64,000 bases of DNA from Chrysomallon squamiferum (taxonomy: Eukaryota > Animalia > Mollusca). Positions 43,795 to 55,668 of the stretch are shown piece after piece. A model generated the notes under the pieces. The model was not told where the DNA came from, searched no databases, and saw only the letters and a program-made list of their open reading frames with translations. A program made the position numbers and the translations under genes. Where the stretch lies: assembly GCA_012295275.1 (NCBI GenBank), contig CM022672.1, positions 11,594,001-11,658,000 on the forward strand, written 5' to 3'. How positions within the stretch are numbered: the first letter of the stretch is position 1; each line of letters opens with the position of its first letter.

Positions 43795-44065
43795 GTATAT
43801 ATGTGTTTAAATTTCGGTCAACACCATGACATTTTTAAAAACTACTCTGTATTATTTGACACAGATTTATAAGTATATGCCTTTAAAATTCGGACAAAAC
43901 AATGACATTTTAATAACTTTTCTGTATTATTTTAGTGGCAACACACGTATAAAAAGTATCTGTTTAAAATTCTGACAAAATAATGAAATTTTAATAATTA
44001 CTGTGAATTATTTTAATGTCAACGCACGAATATATGTGTTTAAAATTCGGTGAACACAACGAAGT
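43795..44065. repeat. Degenerate ~75-80-bp tandem repeat (about 4 units) downstream of GT11 copy D
   Basis: Recurring tgtttaaaattc(g/t)g.caa.a.aatga(c/a)attttaataa.ta.tctgt(a/g)attatttt units; partial copies also downstream of B (~32180) and C (~37745). Confidence 0.65.
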
Positions 44066-44404
44066 GTTAATCACTAATCCATATCATCTGAATGCGATCG
44101 ACTAAGTTCGTGAAAGCTCAAAGTTACAAGCGTTGATTGTTTTGTATAAAAAAAAAAAAAAAAAAAACAACAACAAAACAAATCGTAGTTATAACCAATT
44201 TATTTTTGTAAGTGAACTATTTCTAATCTTGATAATGTATTTAAAAGAACGTCTACTCACTTTTAATCACTTTTTATTTCATAATAAAGGTTCGGTCTAC
44301 AGGGTATCACATACACATATTTTCCTCTAACTGAAAGTACTATCCTTATTAAAAACAAATCGTTACGGAAAGATATTTTTTCAGAGCATAAAATCATACT
44401 TGTA

Positions 44405-45564
44405 TTACTCCATTCCGATCCACCCTGGGTAGAAATAATCTGAAAAGTCTTTCGAGAAATGTTTTCTTAATTTTGAGCCTTCCTTAGCTGGATGTTTGTA
44501 ATACACAGTTGTTCCTCCTGTTAGAAATCCAGCCCACCATCCAAACGTACCCACCGTCATTATAGTGTGATTACAGTGGATAAGAACACTCATATCCACT
44601 TCCCTTGAATTACCGCGAACGAAGACAACGTTTGGACCTTTTATGTTATCCTTTGACCACGTCATGTCGTCAGAACAAACCACAAATAAAACATTCGAAA
44701 AATTTCGAGTAAAATAATCCATGGCTTTTTCTATGTACTGTTTAGGTGCAACAGTATAACCAAAATTAATATTTGGTTTCAGTTTTACAAAATCACCGCG
44801 TCTGACATGAATTCCAACGAATGTTAATTCTTCTGACTTAATTTTAACAGCATCGCCGTTTTGTTTTTTTACGTAATCATTTTTGATATTTCTTATGATT
44901 TTTTCAGCTTTCTTCGATATCTCAGGTTTAAACGTGAACTGCTTTTTAATTTCTTTTACAACCGTCTCAAAATATTTCCAAGACTGAAGATAGAGTCCAA
45001 CTTTATAGTTTTTACCTTTTCTTAAATTAAAAAGGTTCCCGTCAAACGAACAATGCTGTTTACAATTTTTAACAATAGATTTACGGTAAATACACTCAGG
45101 AACTGAGGTGGTGTCCAGTGTAAAATACTTGTGCAGAGGATGTGATTTTGTTGTCACTAATGTGGAATTCAAGTGAGCTGCTATTCCATACGCCGATGCA
45201 TAAGAAAACATCAAATTTCCAAGACCTCCCTTTGTTGTTTCACGTATAAATCCTGATGGTACTGGATTCTTACACTTGATAATTCTTGATATGGTCACAT
45301 TCTCAACTGCTTTAGTGGTACTTAGTAACGTACATTTTGGCTTGTTAATTGTAGGAATTTCTTTAGTTTTCTTCTTGAATTGAATCAGAAGACATAAAGG
45401 GGAAATAATCATAATCACTGTCAACAAATGAACACAATGTAAGCCACCTGTAAATAAACAGAAATGTAATTAGGAATGAAAGAAACAAAAAGACTGATAT
45501 ATGTTGTCTGTCTATCCGTCTATCTGGCTACTTATCCCTGCATCTATCTATCTGTCTGTCTGTC

Positions 45565-45632
<68 letters not shown>

Positions 45633-45829
45633 TGTGTGTTTGTGTATGCCTGTGTGTGCATGTATGTAGATGCAAATACATATAAAAATACGAAATAAAA
45701 AGACAAAATCAAATTACAAAATATTTTTTCTTTCTAAAAGAAACCTAAATTAAATACACTAAAATATTCATTAATTTTACCTTTTTTCCGAAAAAATGGT
45801 TTTCCGAAGCAAATATATATAAAATTCAT
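44405..45829 (-). CDS. GT11 alpha-1,2-fucosyltransferase-like, copy D
   Basis: Start exon 45829-45781 (MNFIYICFGKPFFRKK, G|GTAAAA) plus exon 45447-44405; all GT11 motifs present. Confidence 0.93.
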
Positions 45830-46440
45830 AATTTTGTAAAGTTCTGTTTAGGAATAAAAAATTATTAATCAGTATATTTCCGATAAATATACTTGGGTCC
45901 AGCATAAAAGAAAATGTCTAACTGCTGTCAGTCACTTCGAACGTCACAGCTAAAGAAAGGAAGGTATTATCTGGAAAACGATACGTGACAGAATGGCCGA
46001 GTTTGAATGATATAAGCAGAAAGGACCAACCTAGTAATATCTATTACAACCTAGATTAACAATCATTGAACGTAAGGCAAGGTGGACCATACTTGTTTAT
46101 GACTTTAATATTTCTTACTAAAACTGATTTTGTATTTTATTTATTTATTTTATTTTTAAATGTTGGAATGTTATTTTTTGTTTGCTTGTTTCTTTCTTTC
46201 TTTCCTTTGTTAATTCTTCTTCTTTTCTTTTCTTTATTTTGTTTTCTTTTGTCTTGTTTTATTTTTGATTGATTAAAAAGCAATTTATTATATTTAATAT
46301 TTGTTGTTTGGATGCGTTTAAACTGTTTTTATACACTTATTGGTGTATTTACGTATTTATTTATTTATTAGTTTGTTTGTTTGTTTATTATTTATTTATT
46401 TATTTACTTAAATTTGTTTTTATATCATTTTCTTTTAATG

Positions 46441-46538
46441 GTCACAATTCCATCAGTGACAAAGTTTTACAATTACAAATTGCATATATATATATGCAAT
46501 TTTTAATTGTAAAACTTTGTCACTGATGGAATTGTGAC
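46441..46538. repeat. 98-bp near-perfect palindrome (inverted duplication centred on a TA run)
   Basis: gtcacaattccatcagtgacaaagttttacaattacaaattgcatatat|atatatgcaatttttaattgtaaaactttgtcactgatggaattgtgac, one mismatch. Confidence 0.95.
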
Positions 46539-46963
46539 TGATGATAGATAGATAGATAGATAGATACACACAGACAGACAGAAACATAGATAGTTAGATA
46601 TAGCGATGTATATATATAAATATGTGTGTGTGTGTGTGTGTTAAAAAATATGTTGATATTTTTTTAAATACTCATTCACAAAACACATATGTTCAGATGT
46701 ATTTAAGCAAATATTTATTTAAATGTTTAAAAATATTGAAGAGTTTAGAATCAAATATTCGTTCACATCGAAATTAATCAGACCGATTTATTCTCAGGAA
46801 GGTGGACTAAAGATAATAGTGACAACAATAACAAAAACTTTAAAATCAATTCGTTCTTTGATTTAAAGAGTTTAGTTTTCCACATTGTTTCTTTTCCTAA
46901 CGCTCATCCATTATTTTGCTCTATATTCGTATCGGTTCTGATTGGTTATGTATATTATGTATA

Positions 46964-47004
<41 letters not shown>

Positions 47005-47116
47005 AGTATAGATACCTATATGAACTTACTGTGTCTTCTTCGTGCTTCACTTGTCAGTTATAAAAAGTAATGGAGAAAGAAAAAAAAACCCACCAAAATA
47101 CCAAGCGTGGTCTTAC

Positions 47117-48572
47117 CTTTTTGGAGCAGTATACATTAATTTAATAACGTCCAATATGACCACAGCTGCGCAACAAACTTCTGTGAACCAAAATGGCGTC
47201 CATCGTAAAATACTTTTGCATAAAACTTGTTTTAATAGTTGCTATTGTGAAATTCAAAGTGAGCGGCTTTTCAATAAGAAATTGTCAAATTACCCAAACC
47301 TCCCAAAATTAAATAACATAGGATATAAATTAGAATGACACTGAGATCTTGGATTTCACACTTAATGGTTGGCGTTTGGAGTCCTGTTTATTATCGTTTA
47401 AGCTGTTTTGTTTTTGGATAACGATTGTGTTAAATTTTAAAGGTTAGCTTCCTGAAATTATTTTTATTGAAGTTACTCTTCAGATAGCAAACACACACCA
47501 CCACAGAATAATCCTGAAAATACCTCTAAATAATAAGAACAACAACAGTAAATTATAATTACTACTACTACTTCTACTACTACTATTATTAATCACGCTA
47601 CAGTTAGCCGTTCCTTAGTGGAATAAAAAGTGCTATAGAAGTAGTTTCACTTTACAAAGGTTCAAACTTCTGTAGGCAAATTAATTGTTGATTTCTGTCT
47701 AGTTGTAATCACATCAAGTCGAAATAAAAATAAATTTAAAAAAAAATAAAATGTTTTAAAAATGTTAAACAACAGGTTTGAAATAATAATAGTTATACTA
47801 TGAAGTAACGTTATTTATTTATTGATTCATTTATTTATTTGTTTGTTTATTCATCTGTTCGTTCGTTCGTTCATTTGTTGTTTGTTTGTTCGCTTATTCA
47901 TTCACTTATTTGATTTTACCGAACAGAATGAGAAATAATAATAATAACGGCAACAGCAACTTTCACACAAAACCGATAACACGACTGAATAAGTTAAGAA
48001 AATTTTGACAAAACAATGTCAGTGATTTGAATTCATTATCCCCCAGATACTTTAGTTTCATAGCGCAAATGGATTATATACGTGTAACAATTATTTATAA
48101 TAATTACAGTGATTCAGAAGAATGAATATATTTTTCAAATATATGTGTGAAAATATTATCTCTGTTTAATGTTTGTAGATAGATAGATAGATAGATAGAT
48201 ATGAGGTGCGTTAATAGACATCTGCATGGACGGACATACGGACGACTGCATAGTCAGACAAAGAGAAAATAGAGACATACAGATAGACAGACAGACAGAC
48301 ATATTGGCAGGTAGGTAGATAGGTTGTAGGTGGTAGGCAGGCAGATAGACAGAGAGAAATAAGAAAAAACAAATTCATTTTCAGAATCTTTTATAAAACC
48401 ATGTTTTCATGTACTTTTTCATAAAACATTTCAAAGCTACATACTATGCAAAAACTGGTTCATATTAGATATTAATTTTCAGAAAAGAAGCGAATGTTCC
48501 CATAAGCAATTAAACAGAGCAAAGTAAATATATTTACTCAAAATAACACCCGATACCTTGAATTATTTTCAT
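47117..48572 (-). pseudogene. Truncated GT11 relic (psi2), paralogue of psi1
   Basis: MKIIQ start exon 48572-48557; relic exon from 47523 with acceptor changed TACAG>TAGAG and a 10-bp deletion giving an early TGA; otherwise near-identical to 30435-30868. Confidence 0.8.
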
Positions 48573-48727
48573 GTTTGTAAAACGGTTCGGTTTATGTACA
48601 AGGGGAAAAAAGATGAAAAAAGAAGATACAGTTGAGTAAACAGTAGAAAAGTTTTGAAATACTATATGTACGCTTAATACTGCGTATGTAAATGTCAGTC
48701 ACGACCAAGTGTAGGACGAAGTTTTAT

Positions 48728-48840
48728 TCATCTCCTGTCCCGGAACCCATCCCTGGCAATCCCAGAGATCGGATCCGTGATAGGCGTGCCCGAACCTTGA
48801 ATTGGACGTGGGCACGTAAAAAGAGTTATCCAATCCAATC
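48728..48840 (+). mobile_element. 113-bp 5'-truncated non-LTR retroposon (SINE/LINE 3' end)
   Basis: 11-bp TSD CGAAGTTTTAT (48717-48727, 48841-48851); ends in an (ATCCA)n tail; absent from paralogous sites at ~31833 and ~51432. Confidence 0.85.
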
Positions 48841-49676
48841 CGAAGTTTTATACAGTCAGTAACAGATGGTAGGTGGGTGATGGTAGTGGATGGCTGTAGG
48901 TGAGTGATGGTTGATGGAAGCAGTGAAGTGTGTGAGGAAAGGATTAACACACGGTTCAACAGTCATAGTTAAATAAGAAAAATCACTAACCCAAAATCGG
49001 AAAATATAGCAGAACAGAAGCATAAAAAGTTCCATGAAAAAAAAAATTCGTTAAAATCGCATTTGTTAAAACAGCAAAAAAAAACCAACTAGTACTGTAT
49101 TTCCACTTTCGTAGAACATTAAAAGAACTGATAAAAGAAATAAATTCACCGAGCATTATAATTTCGAAAGGGACAGTTTGATATTTGAAACTCTTACGGA
49201 ATTTAATATGTTACTTAAATTTTTTTTTTTTTTTTTTTTAAATAATCTTTGTGGATATTTACATCTGAAACTGATACGGATCTTATTTCTTCTCTTTTTT
49301 TTTTTTTTTTTTTTTTTTGTAAAGATAGTCTTAGTGGATATTTACTGGGATAACTTATAAAAGAAGGACTGTTCGGTTTCTGCAATGAACCGGCGAAGAT
49401 TTAAAGGTGAGACAGGAGATTGCTCGTTTCAAAAACAAATTATACTGTTTTATGGTTTCACAGACTTTGGTCCTTGTTTTTTTTTGTCTACCTGAATTTA
49501 TTATTTTTACTGTTGGTTTTGTTGTTGTCGTTAATATCATTGCTGTTGCTGTTATTTTATTATTCTTATTGTAGTTAGTGTTATAATTATTTTATTATTA
49601 TTTTTATGATTGGTTTTATTTTATTTTATTTTATTTTTCATTTATTTCTTTACTCTATTTGATATGTGTGTCAGTG

Positions 49677-49717
<41 letters not shown>

Positions 49718-49855
49718 GACTTTATAAAAACCACAGCCTAAATCCCTCTGGTTAATTTCACTCGATGGCTAACTCTAAAAAGATTATCTACAGTGATGGA
49801 AACGGGGGGGATACGAAGGTGTACGGTGTTCCCCTCCTTTTTAGTTTCCAATGTA

Positions 49856-50570
49856 CAGTATACCCTCACCTATTCGCGGTTCCCCATTCGCGGCCCCGCA
49901 TATTCGCGGGTTAGGCTCTTAACCCTATCGCATCGTATGCTGGTATACCAGGCTAGTGTCAAAACGTCATAAAAACAAATGCTCGGTAAACCGGGTTTTT
50001 GTAGGTCATAGAGACTTTTCGAGGGTATGTCTGTATTTACTCTCTCGAGCAGTTTTTATCGATTGACGTCTTCATCGAACAATGGCTGGGCTGCTATTGG
50101 CTGACTGCATATTATTACTGAATTGTATTATTATTACCTGAACTGTGCGTACTGTATTTATCTGTCTGTTTGCCTTTAAATTTGTTCCACTTTCTGTCAA
50201 TTCTAATACATATGTTGTACGCATAGAAAATGACTTCACGGTACAGTAATACAGTATGGGTAACTTTGCTATGCGGTGTTACTGTCCTCCTGTACTTACG
50301 TTTCTTTCTGATTAAAATATTGTTTCAGTACAAAATTAAAATGTGTTTACATTATCATTACTACATTAATGAAATACATAACTGCATGCAATATTACTAC
50401 ATTATTACTGTATTAATGAGTAAGAGTGTCTTTAGAAAGTGTTTGGGAAGCATTTAGTACCGTATATAATCTCATAATAGACGTTTTAAAACTGCATCCA
50501 ATATTCGTGGTTTTTCGCTATTCGCGGGGGGGTAAAGAACGTAACCCCCGCGAATAGCGAGGGAATACTG
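49856..50570. mobile_element. Tc1/mariner-superfamily (Tigger-like) MITE, 715 bp
   Basis: TA|CAGTATACCCTCACCTATTCGCGG ... CCGCGAATAGCGAGGGAATACTG|TA; subterminal TATTCGCGG repeats; paralogous empty site at ~54825-54865 (ggtgttcccctccttt..tttccactttatatccagtttct). Confidence 0.92.
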
Positions 50571-52426
50571 TATATCCAGTTTCTCTAATGGTATGGAGTC
50601 AGTTTCGTTTGTCAAATATCTAGTAATTAAAATTAACTTCTTTATTTTCTGTAGTTATACTCGCATATGATACTCAGCTTTCATAAACAACTATTATCTT
50701 ATCAAAAATCAAAAACACAATTTAGGATGCTGGTTAGCTAACTAGATCAGCAGCTTGTGTAGGTGAAGATGTAGTGAATTTTTTTGCTTTAAGATGTCTT
50801 TAAATTAGCTATTGTTACGGCAGACCTGAATTACGACACGTAATAGACAGTTCAAATACACTGTCTGTTACATGACCCCTTTCCCATAAGAAACTGTATA
50901 CCCAGTGCATATGGGTTGAAAATGGATCTGAAATTTCTCATATTACCAAAAAAAAAAAAAAAAAAAAACATTTCTTCCCTTAGCCTTCTCTTAAAATCCA
51001 TTTCCTTCATCTCTTAATATACATGTCACTTACGTTAATATTAATTTCATTTGAGATTATGAAAATCAAAGGTAGCTGTTTCAAAACGGGAAAAATAAAA
51101 AAAAAATAAAAAATATTGTTAGGTTTCTTAAATTTAAGTAAAATATATTTGACCATTGACGTAACTACACTGAGGCAAATGAGGCAAATTGATTTTTTTT
51201 TTTTTTTTTTTTTTTTTTTGGGGGTAATTTTTGTGTATGCAAAGATTTTATTTAAAAAATATAAAATAAAAATAGGCTAGAATCGAGGATTTTGCGTCTT
51301 TCAAGTTGGATCTTTTCCCCAGATACAACGCCCCAATTTGTTACAGTTGAGTAAACAGTAGAAAAGTTTTGAAATGCTATATGTACGCTTAATACTGCGT
51401 ATGTAAATGTCAGTCACGATCAAGTGTAGGACGAAGTTTTATAGTCAGTAACAGATGGTAGGTGGGTGATGGTAGTGGATGGCTGTAGGTGAGTGATGGT
51501 TGATGGAAGCAGTGAAGTGTGTGAGGAAAGGATTAACACACGGTTCAACAGTCATTATGAAATAAGAAAAATCACTAACCCAAAATCGGAAAATATAGCA
51601 GAAAAGAAGCATAAAAAGATCCATGAAAAAAAAAATCATTAAAACTCGTATTTGTTATAACAGTAAAAAAAAAAATTGAAAAAGAAATTAAATATAAAAA
51701 TATTCGGATATTTTTTTATTATTGTTAACAAATAAAGAAATAAATAAATAAATTAATTAATTAATTAATTTAATTTAAAAAAATTAAAATAAAATGTAAT
51801 AATTAAATAATTAACTGAACAAATCAGTACAATGCAAAATCAAATCGAATTAAATGAAATCAAAAATTAAAAATATATGATGAAAATATTAAAATAAAAT
51901 AAAATAAAATAAAATTAAATTAAATTAAATATATAAAACTAAATTTAAAAATGTAATAATTATTTAAACAAATAAATTATTACAATAAAAAAATTATAAA
52001 TATTTTAAAAATTAAATGAATGATATAAAACACTATAAAATGAAATGAAATAAAATAATCAGGAAAAGATTTTATAAAAAATGAATAAAAACTGTTAAAT
52101 AAAACAGCTAAAACGCCAACTTTAACTACTACAGCATTTTCACTGGACAGTAAAAAGAACTGATAACAGAAATAAATTCACTGTGCATTATAATTTCGAA
52201 ACGGGCAGTTTGACATTTGAAACTCATACGGATCTTAATCTTTTTGTTATCTTTATTTTTATTTTTTTTTTTTTTAAATGAGCTTTGTGGATATTTATTA
52301 ATGAAACTCCTACGGATCTTCTTCTTCCTTTTTTTTTTAAATTTAAAAAAAAAAAAATATAGTCTTAATGGATATTTACTGGGGTAACTTATAAAAGAAG
52401 GACTGTTCGGTTTCACAGATTCTGCA

Positions 52427-54261
52427 ATGAACCGGCGAAGATTTAAAGGTGAGACAGGAGATTGCTCGTTTCAAAAACAAATTATACTGTTTTATGGTTT
52501 CACAGACTTTGGTCCTTGTTTTTTTTTTTTTTATTTACCTAAATTTATTATTTTTACTGTTGGTTTTGTTGTTGTCGTTAATATCATTGTTGTTGCTGTT
52601 ATTTTATTATTCTTATTGTTGTTTGGGTAAAATTATTATTATTTTTTTTTATTATTGTTAGTTTTGTTTTGTTTTATTTTATTTTATTTTTCATTTATTT
52701 CTTTACTATATTTGGTATGTGTGTCAATGGCTTAAAAACTAAAAAAAAATAAAAAAAAAATAAAAAAAAAGAAGACTTCATAAAAACCACAACCTAAATC
52801 CCTCTGGTTAATTTCCTTCAATTAGATTAATTATAGTTAAAATAATTAAATACCTTCTTTATAGCGGGTATTAAGAAAAGGTTAACAATAATTTAGGCAT
52901 ACTCAGGCTCATTTAACTCATTTTAACTTACACTATAATAATCATAACTAGTAAGGTTCTATCGATAATTTTAATAATAACTATAAGGATCTGTTGGCTA
53001 CTACTGCAGATACAAACACTACTACAACCACAACAACTAAAGCTATTTTTGCCAATACTGCTGTTAGTATTTTGATTCGTAAAGGTAGTAGTTGCAGTGG
53101 TAGCAGAAGTAATAGTACTTTTTTTTATTATCATTTATTTATTTATGTTTTATTTATTTTTTTATTTATTATTTTTATTTTTTATTTTTTTTTTTTTTTT
53201 ACAGTTGGCTTCAATGGAGTCCTATTGTCTCTGGTTCCACTTACGATTTTCTGCTTTTGTCTAGCCTCATACATTCAAAAATCCACTCTGGCGAAGCCAT
53301 TCATAGAAAATGGTAACATAAAACAAGAAAACACGACTGAAATGAAGGGAAAAGATTTGTGTACAAGTACTGTAGAAACAACGACTACTAAATGTATTAA
53401 CCCACTGTCATCAGAATTTATATGTGAAACAATACCAGGAGGACTTGGAAACTACATGTTTTCTTACGCGTCCGCGTATGGAATAGCCGCCCACATGAAT
53501 TCAACAATGGTAGCGTACTCAAAACATCCTCTACTCGAGTATTTCACGTTGGACTCCGTCATGGTTGATAAATGTGTCTATCAGAAAGCTATAGCTAAAC
53601 ACTGTAACAAGTTCTGTTCATTCGACGCGAATCTTTTTAATTTAACAAAAGGCAAAAGCTATCAGGTTGGACATTATCTTCAATCTTGGAAATATTTTGA
53701 GGCGGTTGTAAAAGAAATCAAAAAACAGTTCACGTTTAAACCTGAGATATCGAAGAAAGCTGAAAACATCATCAGAAATATCACAAATGATTATTTAAAA
53801 AAACAAAATGGCGATGGTATTAAAATAACGTTGGAAGAATTAACTTTGGTTGGAATTCATGTCAGACGTGGAGACATGACAAATCAAAAGATATTTATTA
53901 AGTATGGTTATCGTGTTGCATCTAAACAGTACATAGACAAAGCCATGGATTATTTTACTCGGAATTTTTCGAATGTTTTATTTTGGTTTGTTCTGACGAC
54001 ATGAGGTGGTCAATGGATAACATAAAAGGTCCAAACGTTGCCTTCGTTCGTGGTAATTCAAGGGAAGTGGATATGAGTGTTCTTATCCACTGTAATCACA
54101 CTATAATGACGGTGGGTACGTTTGGATGGTGGGCTGGATTTCTATCAGGAGGAACAACTGTGTATTACAAACATCCAGCTAAGGAAGGCTCAAAATTAAG
54201 AAAACATTTCTCAAAAGACTTTTCAGATTATTTCTATCCTGGATGGATTGGAATGGAATAG
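52427..54261 (+). pseudogene. GT11 copy E with a single 1-bp frameshift (null allele or sequencing error)
   Basis: Start exon ATG 52427-52448 (MNRRRFK, G|GTGAG) plus exon from 53205. At ~53983 TTA TTT -TG GTT lacks the G seen in the paralogues (TTA TTT GTG GTT), which splits the ORF before SDD and GTFGWW. No other lesion seen. Confidence 0.85.
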
Positions 54262-55371
54262 AATCAATATTTTTATTTTACCATATGTGGATTTTAATTC
54301 ACCAGCCTTAAATAAGCAACGAGAAACATTTAAAATCCTGTTAAATAAGCCTCAAATCAGATATTTTTTCTTTGCATTCTTCCTATTTTATACTGCTAAT
54401 CTAATTTTATTTTTGTAAATTATTATACAAATTTACAGTGTATGTAGAATATATATCATGAAATAAAATATATGTGACGTTTTTAATAACAATCCAGTAT
54501 CATAAACAGATATATTATTAATGAACACAAACACAAACAAACAAATAATTCAGATAACCTTTTTAACATTTGTATCTTCGTACCTTATATCTTAAATATA
54601 AATTGATAAGAAAAAAAAAACCCCAAAACCCCACACTAATGATTTGAAATTGACTACATATTTTATATCTGAAAGAGAAGAACCTCTTCACTAAGATATA
54701 AACTCTAATGATTTTCCTGCTTGAGTATGATAAATGGCACAAATGTCACACACTCACGCGATGGCTAACTCTAAAGTGATTGTATACACTGATGGAAATG
54801 GGGGTGGGCAAATCGGAGGCATATGGTGTTCCCCTCCTTTTTGGTTTCCACTTTATATCCAGTTTCTGTAATAGTATGATTTCTGTGTATGCAAAATTTT
54901 TATTTAAAAAATATAAAATATAAATGGCTAGAATCGAGGATTTTGCGTTTTTCACGTTGGATCTTCTCCCCAGACACCTCGCCCCAATTTTTTTGCCTCG
55001 TTCCGCTCGGCGATCAAGTGTTTTTGCCTCATTTCAAAAAGAGTCTAGTTTCGGCGGTGTCTTCCCATCTGGTAGAATTCCTGGTTACCTCTGTATATAA
55101 TGAACTTGGCCTGTACATACATCTGGTTTCTTTCTAACATTCAGAGGCGGAGCGCATTGTTCCTAAATCGATTACGTAACATCAACCGAAAGCAGAATAA
55201 GCGTTCACTACTCATTTGTCGTAGATGTTTTACTTTTTCATTATTATCATCATCTTCTTCTTCCTTCTCATTATCATCATCATAATCATTATTATTATAT
55301 TATTACTATTATTATTGTTATTGTTATTATTATTGTTATTATGATTATTCGTATTCTTCTTATTCTTATTC

Positions 55372-55435
<64 letters not shown>

Positions 55436-55668
55436 AACTGGTCATTTCTAATTCATAAACATTTCCTTTCCGTTACAAAACATACGACCAATAATAAACA
55501 GTTTTACATCAGTTTCATCTATCTATTAAAAAAAAAAAAAAGTAAAAAGCGGCACAATGTGTTTTTTGTTAATTCTCATGGCTTGCTTCTGTAAAAGAAA
55601 ACGGCAAAAATATTATAAATAACTAATTTTATTCAGCAATATAATTTTTAAAAAACCATATTTTACAT

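Noticed and set aside
32590-48572. One shared first exon obligately feeding all minus-strand catalytic exons (reverse protocadherin/UGT1 model)
   Set aside because: Each of A-D has its own 49-nt start exon a few hundred bp upstream, so they are separate genes; only optional cross-splicing remains a hypothesis.
52994-53204. N-terminal Thr-rich/Phe-rich part of the 336-aa ORF
   Set aside because: Intronic low-complexity sequence and polypyrimidine tract before the acceptor at 53204.
53975-53995. Programmed ribosomal frameshift at the T-rich site in copy E
   Set aside because: Paralogues have the extra G, so a simple 1-bp deletion or sequencing error explains it; I saw no downstream stimulatory structure.
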